Below, piece after piece: positions 34,636 to 41,540 of a stretch of 64,000 bases of DNA (position 1 is its first letter; the number at the start of each line of letters is the position of its first letter). Under the pieces are notes generated by a model. The model saw only the letters and a program-made list of their open reading frames with translations, was not told the origin of the DNA and did no database searches. The translations under genes were made by a program, and so were the position numbers. The DNA is from Acidimicrobiia bacterium (GTDB lineage Bacteria; Actinomycetota; Acidimicrobiia; Acidimicrobiales; Aldehydirespiratoraceae): positions 1,403 through 65,402 of the forward strand of contig JAJEDD010000027.1 of the NCBI GenBank assembly GCA_022821685.1, written 5' to 3'.

Positions 34636-35961
34636 ATGTTCCCGCGGCTGCGCTGGACCGGCGACGACACCGAGATCTGGCGGCTGGCGTGGCCGGCGCT
34701 GGGGGCGCTGGTGGCCGAGCCGCTGTATGTGCTGGCCGACACCGCCATCGTGGGCCGCCTCGGCACCCCCCAACTCGGCGGACTGGCGGTGGCCTCGTCG
34801 ATCCTGCTGAGCGCCCACGCCATGTTCATCTTCCTCGCCTACGGGACGACGGCCGCGGTGGCCCGGCTGCTGGGAGCGGGCCAGCACCGGCGGGCGGCCC
34901 ACCAGGCGGTGCAGAGCATCTGGCTGGCGCTGGCCGCGGGGGTCGTGCTGGCGGTGGTGGGGTTTGCTCTGGCGCCGGCCCTGGTGGACGCCCTCGGCGG
35001 CGACGACCCCGCTGTGCTCCACAACGCCCGCGTGTACCTGCGCATCTCGCTGTTCGGCCTGCCGGCCATGCTGGTGATGCTGGCGGGGGTGGGCTACCTG
35101 CGGGGCGTGCAGGACACCAAGCGGCCCTTCGCGGTGGCTCTGGGCTCGGCGGTGGGGAACTTCCTGCTCGAGGTGGTGCTGGTGTACGGGTTCGACCGGG
35201 GCATCGGCGCCTCGGCGCTGTCGACGGTGATCGCGCAGACCGCGGCGGCGGCCACCTTCGTGTGGTGGATCCGCGGTGCGGTGGCCCGCCACGGCGTGGG
35301 CCTGCGACCCGATCCGGCGGTGATCCGGCGCTTGGCGGTTGCCGGCTGGGACCTGTTGATCCGGACCTCGGCGCTGCGGGCCGGCCTGACCGTCACGGTG
35401 GCGATGGCGGCCCGGATCGGCACCGACGACCTGGCCGCGCACCAGATCGTGTTCGAGGTGTGGACGGTGCTGGCCCTGCTGCTCGACGCGGTGGCCATCG
35501 CGGGGCAGGCCCTGATCGGTCTGGCCCTCGGCGCGGGCCGGGCCGACCGGGCTCGGGCGCTGGGGCAGCGCATGATCGGCTGGGGCGCGGTGGCGGGAGT
35601 GATGACCGGCGCGATGGTGCTGGCGCTGTCGCCGGTGCTGCCCCGGGTGTTCACCTCCGACGCCGCGGTGGTGGCGCTGGCCGGCTTCCTGCTGCTGCAC
35701 GTCGGCTTCGCGCAGCCCGCGGCGGGGGTGGTGTTCGCCCTCGACGGGGTGCTCATCGGCGCCGGCGATCTGCGCTTCCTGGCCGTGTCGATGATCGGCG
35801 CGGGCGCAGTGCTGGCGGGCGGCGGGCTGCTGGTCGTGGCCGCCGGGGCCGGCATCGGCTGGCTGTGGGCCGCGCTCCACGCCTGGATGGCGACCCGCCT
35901 AGTGCTCATGCTGTGGCGCTTCTCGGGCTCAGCCTGGCAGATAACCGGCGCCGACCGCTAG
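34636..35961 (+). CDS. MATE-family efflux transporter (DinF-like)
   Basis: 441 aa, hydrophobic throughout. The N-terminal EIWRLAWPALGALVAEPLYVLADTAIVGRLG is typical of MATE proteins. Confidence 0.85.
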   Translation: MFPRLRWTGDDTEIWRLAWPALGALVAEPLYVLADTAIVGRLGTPQLGGLAVASSILLSAHAMFIFLAYGTTAAVARLLGAGQHRRAAHQAVQSIWLALAAGVVLAVVGFALAPALVDALGGDDPAVLHNARVYLRISLFGLPAMLVMLAGVGYLRGVQDTKRPFAVALGSAVGNFLLEVVLVYGFDRGIGASALSTVIAQTAAAATFVWWIRGAVARHGVGLRPDPAVIRRLAVAGWDLLIRTSALRAGLTVTVAMAARIGTDDLAAHQIVFEVWTVLALLLDAVAIAGQALIGLALGAGRADRARALGQRMIGWGAVAGVMTGAMVLALSPVLPRVFTSDAAVVALAGFLLLHVGFAQPAAGVVFALDGVLIGAGDLRFLAVSMIGAGAVLAGGGLLVVAAGAGIGWLWAALHAWMATRLVLMLWRFSGSAWQITGADR

Positions 35962-35993
35962 AAGCGGCGCCCGGAACCCCGACCTGACAATCC

Positions 35994-36089
35994 GACAATC
36001 TGTACAAGAACCCTCCTGTGAATCTGTACAAGAACCACCCTGCGATTCTGTACAAGAACTACCCCGACAATCTGTACAAGAACCACCCA
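35994..36089. repeat. 4 x 24-bp perfect-period tandem array
   Basis: The units are gacaatctgtacaagaaccctcct, gtgaatctgtacaagaaccaccct, gcgattctgtacaagaactacccc and gacaatctgtacaagaaccaccca. The invariant core is tctgtacaagaac, with palindromic TGTACA. Confidence 0.95.
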
Positions 36090-36128
36090 GCGAACTTCCG
36101 CTTTGTCTCCAATGGTGCGGCAAGGGCC

Positions 36129-36262
36129 TAGAGGCCGAGCGAATAGGTGAGCGAATCCGGTTCATACGGGCGAGGCCGTGGCCCGAGCGGCCGTGAGCGC
36201 AGCGAACAAGAGCGGGAAAGACAACCTTGCGACGCGACGGGCTCTCACCTATTTGCGCTCGC
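36129..36262 (-). repeat. dispersed intergenic repeat, short variant
   Basis: tagaggccgagcgaataggtgagcgaatccggttcatacgggcgaggccgtggccc..gtgagcgcagcgaacaagagcgggaaag.. Confidence 0.85.
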
Positions 36263-36284
36263 TCTTACGGGATCAGCGATGCGT

Positions 36285-37616
36285 TCAGGCCCATAGCACT
36301 GATAGCGGTGCCGACCAGATTCGGCCCCTACGCGCATCATCGAGGGGACGGGGCCTGCGACGGCCCGTGTGCAGCAGTACGCCGCCGGTGAAGCTCTCCC
36401 CGAGCAGTTCTCTCATCCAGAAGAGGTGGCGGGCTTCGCTGCGCCCGCCGTGCACGCCCACCTTCACCTCCACCGCCACGACGCCATTGACTCCTCCGTC
36501 GAGCACGAAGTCGACCTCGCGGTCGTTGCGACGCAGATGCGCGAGCCGGTACCCGGCTGCCGATGCCGAAGCCTGGACTCGCAGCTGGGCCGCTACGAAC
36601 GTCTCCAACAGCCGACCGCGCAGATCCGCGTTGGCGCAGATGGCAGCCGCGTCGGTGTTCCAGGCAGCGGCCAACAGTCCGGCGTCGACCAACAGACGCT
36701 TGGGAGCGCGCCGCAGATGGCTGATCCTGTTGGTGTGATACGACGGGGCGTCGGCCACCAGATAGGTGCGCGACAACAGGGTCAGATACGCATCCGCAGT
36801 GTTGCGGGAGATGCCGACCTCGTCGCAGAGCCGCTGCAGCGGCACCACGCCGGCCGAATGGAGGGCGTAGCAGGCGAAGAACTCGGCCAGCTTGGAACGG
36901 TCATGGCGCCCGATCAGGCCATCGACGTTGATCGTGCCGTCGATGCGGCTGCGCAGCCGCGCTCTGCGGGCCTCCGGATCCCCCTCGTCCATCGTGGCGG
37001 GATACCCGCTCTGCAAGGCCAGGTCGATGTAGTCGTTGACGGAAAGGTCAGTCTCGTCGGTCTCCAAGTCGAGGCCCTCGAACAGTCGCCGAATAAGCGA
37101 CACCGATGCTGTGCCGCGCCGTTCGGCGACGCTGAATGGGAACATGTCGATTACTTCGCTGCGTCCCGTGAGCGGCATCTGCTCACGGTCGGCGCCGCGC
37201 ACCGACCCGGCGATGATGAACTGGCCAGGCAACGCCGAAGAGTCGACATGGGCCTTCACCGCCCACAGCACCTCGGGTGCCTCCTGCCATTCGTCGATCA
37301 GCAGAGGCGCAGGTTGGCCGAGCAGCACCGAGCCCGGATCCTCGCGGACAGCCGCAGCGGTGTGAGGATCCTGCATGACCAGCACCGCCCCTGCCTGCTG
37401 CAGAGCAGTGGTGGTCTTGCCCACGCCGCGGGGTCCGCGCAACTCGACCGCAGCCGAACGCGACAACGCCTGTTCCAATTGCACATCGGCCAGCCTTGAG
37501 ATGTAGGGCTCGCCGCCCCCCGGCGCGGCCGAGGTGAGCGCGGGCAGCGCGCTCTGCAACCTCACCGCGCGGTCACCCGCGGTCACTCGAGTTCCCTCCG
37601 CAGGCACAATCCCCAT
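36285..37616 (-). CDS. AAA-ATPase (AAA_14-type) with DUF4143 and a C-terminal PD-(D/E)xK-like module, paralogue 2
   Basis: GPRGVGKTT, LLIDEWQ and EVDFVLDGG...VAVEVKVG. It is colinear with paralogue 1 over its full length. Confidence 0.8.
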   Translation of the reverse strand: MGIVPAEGTRVTAGDRAVRLQSALPALTSAAPGGGEPYISRLADVQLEQALSRSAAVELRGPRGVGKTTTALQQAGAVLVMQDPHTAAAVREDPGSVLLGQPAPLLIDEWQEAPEVLWAVKAHVDSSALPGQFIIAGSVRGADREQMPLTGRSEVIDMFPFSVAERRGTASVSLIRRLFEGLDLETDETDLSVNDYIDLALQSGYPATMDEGDPEARRARLRSRIDGTINVDGLIGRHDRSKLAEFFACYALHSAGVVPLQRLCDEVGISRNTADAYLTLLSRTYLVADAPSYHTNRISHLRRAPKRLLVDAGLLAAAWNTDAAAICANADLRGRLLETFVAAQLRVQASASAAGYRLAHLRRNDREVDFVLDGGVNGVVAVEVKVGVHGGRSEARHLFWMRELLGESFTGGVLLHTGRRRPRPLDDARRGRIWSAPLSVLWA

Positions 37617-37663
37617 TGCCGATCCTCTGATCAGCCCGATGGCCGCTCATGCCAATATTCTAC

Positions 37664-37757
37664 AGCTTGCGCGTTCTGAAGGCTCCAACTTGAGTATTTT
37701 GAAGGCTCTAACTTGCGCGTTCTGAAGATCGTTACTTGCGCGTTTTGAAGGCTCGCC
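37664..37757. repeat. 4-unit ~23-bp tandem array upstream of ATPase paralogue 2
   Basis: The units are agcttgcgcgttctgaaggctcc, aacttgagtattttgaaggctct, aacttgcgcgttctgaagatcgtt and acttgcgcgttttgaaggctcgcc. A TAGAAT -10-like hexamer (37657-37662, minus strand) lies between the array and the start codon. Confidence 0.85.
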
Positions 37758-37800
37758 TTGATGGTGCTAGCCAAGGCTGGACACGGGCGGGCGATGGGGT

Positions 37801-39258
37801 CTACTGATCGGCGTGCTGCTCTAGGAGGCGGTTTATGGCGGCGCCGTCGGCTTTGCCTTTGGTGGCTCGCATGACTTGGCCGGTGAGGAAGCCGGCCAGC
37901 TTCTTGCGCTCGGTTTCGTCGCCGGCGCGGTAGCGGTCCCAGGCGTCGGGGTTGTCGGCGATGACCTCCTCGAGGACCGCGGCCAGGTCGTCGCCGGCCA
38001 TGGCCTCGAAGCCCCGGCGCCGGGCGATCTCGTCGGGGGCACCGCCCGCTTCGGCCATCTCGGCCAGCACCTGCTTGGCCTGGGTGGCGGTGAGCTGTCC
38101 CGCCGTCTCCATGGCGACCAGGGCGGCCAGACCGTCGGGGGTGACGCGCGACCAATTGTCGGTGGCCAGGTCGTTCACCACCCGGGTGGCGGTCACCGCC
38201 GGGTCGGCTCCGGCCGCGACAGCGGCCCGCACCAGCCGGTCCTGGTTCCGCTCCACCAGCACGGCGGCATCCGCGGCTCCCACCCCGCCCACGGCGATGA
38301 GTTCGGCCCGACGGGCGGCGGGCAGCGGTGGCAGCGCGGCATCGATAGCCGCGACCGTGTCGGCCTCTGGAGCCAGCGGCACCAGGTCGGGATCCTGGAA
38401 GTAGCGGTAGTCCTCCGCGTCCTCCTTGGAGCGGCCCGGCGTGGTGCGCCCCCGCGCCTCGTCCCAGTGGCGGGTCTCCTGGCGGGGCCGTTCACCGCTG
38501 GTCCACAGCTCCACATGGCGCTGGGCCTCGTAGACGATGGCCCGGCCGAGGGACCGCAGCGAACTCAGGTTCTTGATCTCGCAGCGGGTGCGGAGCTCGT
38601 CGGCGCCGGCGGGGCGGACCGACACGTTGGCGTCCACCCGCATCGAGCCCTCCTCCATCCGGGCGTCGGACACGCCGACGGCCAGCAGCACGGCCCGCAG
38701 CTCTCGCACATACGACCGGGCCTGCTCGGCGGTGCGGATGTCGGGGCGGCTGACGATCTCCACCAGCGGAACCCCGGCCCGGTTGTAGTCGACCAGCGCA
38801 TAGTCGGCGTCGTGGATGCGCCCGCCGCCGCCGATGTGGGTGGTCTTGCCGGTGTCCTCCTCGATGTGGGCCCGCTCGATGCCGACGGTGTGGCCGTCAA
38901 CCAGCTCGAGGCGGCCGTCGATGCTGGTGGGCTGGTCGTACTGGGAGATCTGGTAGTCCTTGGGCATGTCGGGGTAGAAGTAGTTCTTGCGGGCGAACAC
39001 CGCCCCCTGCACCTCGCATCCCAGCGCCCGGCCCAGGCGCATGGCGAAGCTAACCGCGGTGGCGTTGGGTACCGGCAGCGAGCCCGGCAGGCCCAGACAC
39101 ACCGGACACACGTTGGTGTTGGGCTCGTCGCCGAAGCGGTTGGCGCAGCCGCAGAACAGCTTGGTGGCCGTGCTCAGCTCCACATGGACCTCCAGGCCCA
39201 CCACCAGCTCCCAGCCCTCGGCCAGCGCCTGCTCCCGGCCCGTCGCAGCCGGGCTCAT
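37801..39258 (-). CDS. gatB: Asp/Glu-tRNA(Asn/Gln) amidotransferase subunit B
   Basis: Trimmed to ATG 39258. It contains WELVVGLEVHVELSTATKLFCGCANRFGDEPNTNVCPVCLGLPGSLP. Confidence 0.97.
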   Translation of the reverse strand: MSPAATGREQALAEGWELVVGLEVHVELSTATKLFCGCANRFGDEPNTNVCPVCLGLPGSLPVPNATAVSFAMRLGRALGCEVQGAVFARKNYFYPDMPKDYQISQYDQPTSIDGRLELVDGHTVGIERAHIEEDTGKTTHIGGGGRIHDADYALVDYNRAGVPLVEIVSRPDIRTAEQARSYVRELRAVLLAVGVSDARMEEGSMRVDANVSVRPAGADELRTRCEIKNLSSLRSLGRAIVYEAQRHVELWTSGERPRQETRHWDEARGRTTPGRSKEDAEDYRYFQDPDLVPLAPEADTVAAIDAALPPLPAARRAELIAVGGVGAADAAVLVERNQDRLVRAAVAAGADPAVTATRVVNDLATDNWSRVTPDGLAALVAMETAGQLTATQAKQVLAEMAEAGGAPDEIARRRGFEAMAGDDLAAVLEEVIADNPDAWDRYRAGDETERKKLAGFLTGQVMRATKGKADGAAINRLLEQHADQ

Positions 39259-39314
39259 CGGGCACCTCCGCCAGATGGCGCAGCCTGCGTCCGGCCGGGA
39301 GCAGGCCCGCTCAT
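39255..39314 (-). other. relay mini-ORF 2 (19 codons, [19 protein letters not shown])
   Basis: Its ATG overlaps the stop of mini-ORF 1 (ATGA), and its TGA overlaps the gatB ATG (ATGA). Its C-terminus copies the GatA C-terminus APSGGGAR. Confidence 0.4.
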
Positions 39315-39385
39315 GAGGCACCTCCGCCAGCGGCTGTCGTGCCACCCTGGGAGTGCTGCCGACGGCCCGCGGCAGCCGGGCTCAT
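39311..39385 (-). other. relay mini-ORF 1 (24 codons, [24 protein letters not shown])
   Basis: Its ATG overlaps the gatA TGA (ATGA). Its first 5 residues copy the GatB N-terminus MSPAA. Confidence 0.4.
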
Positions 39386-40857
39386 CGGGCACCTCCGCCA
39401 GATGGCGCGGCCTGCTCCAGCACAGCCGCGGCCCGCAGCAGTATCGGCTCCGACAGGGCCGGACCCATGAGCTGCACCCCCACCGGGAGGCCGTCGTCGC
39501 CGCTGCCGAAGGGCACCGACACTGCCGGATGGCCGGTCAGGTTCGCCGGGATCGTGCACACGTCGTTCAGGTACATCAGCAGCGGGTCGGCGGTTTTTGC
39601 CCCCAGCTCGAACGCGGTGGTCGGCGTGGTGGGGCCCAGCAGAACGTCGACATCGGCGTAGGCCGCGGCGAACTCCCGCCGCATCAGCGTGCGCACCCGC
39701 AGCGCCTTGCCGTAGAAGGCGTCGTAGTAGCCCGCCGACAGCGCGTAGGTGCCCAGCATGATCCGGCGCTTGACCTCGGCCCCGAAACCGGCGGTGCGGG
39801 TGTTGACGTTCATCTCGGCGGCGTTGGCCGCATCGACCCGCAGCCCGTAGCGCACACCGTCGTAGCGGGCCAGATTGCTCGACGCCTCGGCCGGCGCGAT
39901 CAGGTAGTACGCCGACAGGCCCAGCACCGCCGACGGCGCCGACACCACCGAGATCGACGCGCCCGCGGCCTCCAGGGCGGCCGCGGCGGTGTCGACCCTG
40001 GCGATGACGTCGGCCGCCACACCCTCTACCGCCGAACCGGCCGCACCCTCCACCCTTGTGCTGCCGGCGCACAGCTCGGCCAGCACCCCGACCCGCAGGC
40101 CGTCCACGCCCCGCTCCAGGCTGGCGGTGACAAGCTCGCGGGGGCTGTCTATCGAGGTGGAGTCGAGCGGGTCGTGGCCCGAGATGGCCTCGTAACAGGC
40201 TGCCGCGTCGGCGACGGTGGCCGCGATGGGGCCGATCTGGTCGAGCGACGAGGCGAAGGCCACCAGCCCGTAGCGCGACACCCGACCGTAGGTGGGCTTG
40301 AGGCCGACCACGCCGCACAGCGCGGCGGGCTGGCGAATCGACCCGCCGGTGTCGGACCCCAGCGCCAGGGGCGCGAATCGGGCCGCCACCGCCGCAGCCG
40401 AGCCGCCGCTGGAGCCTCCCGGCACCCGGCTGGTGTCGTGGGGATTGCGGGTGGGACCGAAGGCGGAGTTCTCGGTGGAGGAGCCCATGGCAAACTCGTC
40501 GAGATTGGTCTTTCCCACCACGACCGCGCCGGCGGCGCGAAGCCGCTGAACCACGGTGGCGTCGTAGGGCGGATGCCAGCCCTCGAGCATCCGCGACGAG
40601 CAGGTGGTGGGAACGCCCCGGGTGCAGAGGTTGTCCTTGAGCGCCACGGGCACGCCGGCCAGCGGCCCGACCGGCTCGCCCCGAGCCAGCGCCGAGTCGA
40701 TCCTGGCGGCATCGGCGCGGGCCTCGGCGGCCAGCACCAGGTTGAAGGCACCGATCTCGCCGTCTCGTTCGGCGATGCGGTCCAGATGCTCCTCCACGAC
40801 GGCCGCGGCGCTGCGTTCCCCAGATTTGACCGCAGCCGCAAGCGCAAGGGCGCTCAC
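39382..40857 (-). CDS. gatA: Asp/Glu-tRNA(Asn/Gln) amidotransferase subunit A
   Basis: [24 protein letters not shown] and the amidase signature [16 protein letters not shown] start at 40857. Confidence 0.97.
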   Translation of the reverse strand: MSALALAAAVKSGERSAAAVVEEHLDRIAERDGEIGAFNLVLAAEARADAARIDSALARGEPVGPLAGVPVALKDNLCTRGVPTTCSSRMLEGWHPPYDATVVQRLRAAGAVVVGKTNLDEFAMGSSTENSAFGPTRNPHDTSRVPGGSSGGSAAAVAARFAPLALGSDTGGSIRQPAALCGVVGLKPTYGRVSRYGLVAFASSLDQIGPIAATVADAAACYEAISGHDPLDSTSIDSPRELVTASLERGVDGLRVGVLAELCAGSTRVEGAAGSAVEGVAADVIARVDTAAAALEAAGASISVVSAPSAVLGLSAYYLIAPAEASSNLARYDGVRYGLRVDAANAAEMNVNTRTAGFGAEVKRRIMLGTYALSAGYYDAFYGKALRVRTLMRREFAAAYADVDVLLGPTTPTTAFELGAKTADPLLMYLNDVCTIPANLTGHPAVSVPFGSGDDGLPVGVQLMGPALSEPILLRAAAVLEQAAPSGGGAR

Positions 40858-41090
40858 GTCGCCGTCCCTTGTGTCAGCGGCAACTCGAACCGGCCGCCGG
40901 CGAGCGACCTTGCCGTCTCGGGGCTAAGAGGCCGAGCGAATAGGCGAGCGATTCCGGCCCATACGGGCGAGGCCGTGGCCCGAGCGGCCCGTGAGCGCAG
41001 CGAACAAGAGCGGGAATGACCCCGCTGCGACGCGAGGGGCTTGCACCTACCCGCGCACGCTCTAGGCAACCGGGCTGTCCGACGGCTCAC
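40854..41090 (-). other. 78-codon relay ORF spanning the repeat element between gatC and gatA
   Basis: Listed in the ORF track. Its GTG (41090-41088) overlaps the gatC TGA (41089-41087), and its TGA (40856-40854) overlaps the gatA GTG (40857-40855). Confidence 0.4.
40921..41060 (-). repeat. dispersed intergenic repeat, short variant, full length (reference copy)
   Basis: gggctaagaggccgagcgaataggcgagcgattccggcccatacgggcgaggccgtggcccgagcggcccgtgagcgcagcgaacaagagcgggaatgaccccgctgcgacgcgaggggcttgcacctacccgcgcacgc. Confidence 0.9.
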
Positions 41091-41422
41091 GGTGCCTCGC
41101 CCAGGATGGGCGGCACCCGGAACTGGCCGCTGTCGACCGACGGCGCCTGGGCCAGCACCTCGTCGCGCTCCAGCGACGCCCGCACCTCGTCGGCGCGCAT
41201 CACGTTGACGAGTGGATGGGGATGCGATGTCGGCTCGATGTCGGTCACGTCGAGCGCCTCGACATCGGCGGCGTGGTCGAGCACCGCCGAGAGCTGCGCA
41301 GCCAGCTCGTCGAGTTCCTCGTCGCGGAAGCGCAGACGGGCCAGCCGGGCCACATGGGCCGCCTCTGCGCGGGTTATCCGGCCGGACACGTCGGAAGGAT
41401 AGGCCGCTCGCTCTAGCAGCAA
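41087..41422 (-). CDS. gatC: Asp/Glu-tRNA(Asn/Gln) amidotransferase subunit C
   Basis: ITRAEAAHVARLARLRFRDEELDELAAQLSAVLDHA...L. The start is uncertain: TTG 41422 from the track, or GTG 41389 giving MSGRITRAE... Confidence 0.85.
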   Translation of the reverse strand: MLLERAAYPSDVSGRITRAEAAHVARLARLRFRDEELDELAAQLSAVLDHAADVEALDVTDIEPTSHPHPLVNVMRADEVRASLERDEVLAQAPSVDSGQFRVPPILGEAP

Positions 41423-41540
41423 GCGCGGATTGACGGTGGGGTCTCGCGCCGCAGCGGGTCTTTCCCGCTCTTGTTCGCTGCGCTCACGGGCCGCCCAAAC
41501 CCCAGCGACACAGCCGACGGCCTCGCACGCTCGGCCTCAG
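41423..41540 (+). repeat. dispersed intergenic repeat, long variant with an internal deletion
   Basis: ..gcagcgggtctttcccgctcttgttcgctgcgctcacgggccgcccaaaccccagcgacacagccgacggcctcgcacgctcggcctca. The kinase stop codon (41537-41539) lies in its right end. Confidence 0.8.

Larger units (their letters stand above)
39245..39408. repeat. triplicated gatA-stop/gatB-start junction
   Basis: A perfect 37-bp direct repeat, gcagccgggctcatcgggcacctccgccagatggcgc, occurs at 39245-39281 and 39372-39408. A partial third copy, ctcatgaggcacctccgccag, lies at 39310-39330. Confidence 0.9.

Noticed and set aside
34603-34640. Short matches to the repeat-family end motif (agaggccgagcg.. at 34606; tcgctcgcctgttcgctcgaccgc at 53560-53583).
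   Set aside because: They are too short and degenerate to call as element copies without a statistical scan. They are mentioned only as possible fragments.
35994-36131. The 4 x 24-bp array read as a CRISPR array or as a repeat-peptide gene ((D/V/A)(N/I)LYKN(P/H/Y)P x4, possibly a multi-core RiPP precursor next to a MATE exporter). This also covers the 78-aa minus-strand track ORF (GGSCTD.. repeats).
   Set aside because: It is not CRISPR: the units are contiguous with no spacers and no cas genes. As a peptide it has an in-frame TGA at 35985, no ATG or RBS (only an internal GTG preceded by cctcct), AT-rich rare codons, and no modifying enzyme nearby. The idea is kept only as an alternative hypothesis inside the finding.
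29580-37616. The idea that the two ATPase paralogues are ends of a composite transposon carrying ilvBNC and the MATE gene.
   Set aside because: The paralogues are strongly diverged and in direct orientation. There is no transposase or IS ends, and the enclosed ilvBNC genes are core genes in the conserved actinobacterial order.
37876-41019. Very long ORFs antisense to recognised genes. Examples are 37876..41019 (+) 1047 aa opposite gatB/gatA, 21848..23926 (+) 692 aa, 41471..43525 (+) 684 aa, 32486..34402 (+) 638 aa and 12301..13986 (+) 561 aa.
   Set aside because: They overlap genes with unambiguous family motifs on the other strand. They are Arg/Gly/Pro/His-rich and motif-free. Such shadow ORFs are the expected by-product of ~68% GC, where stop codons are rare in all frames.
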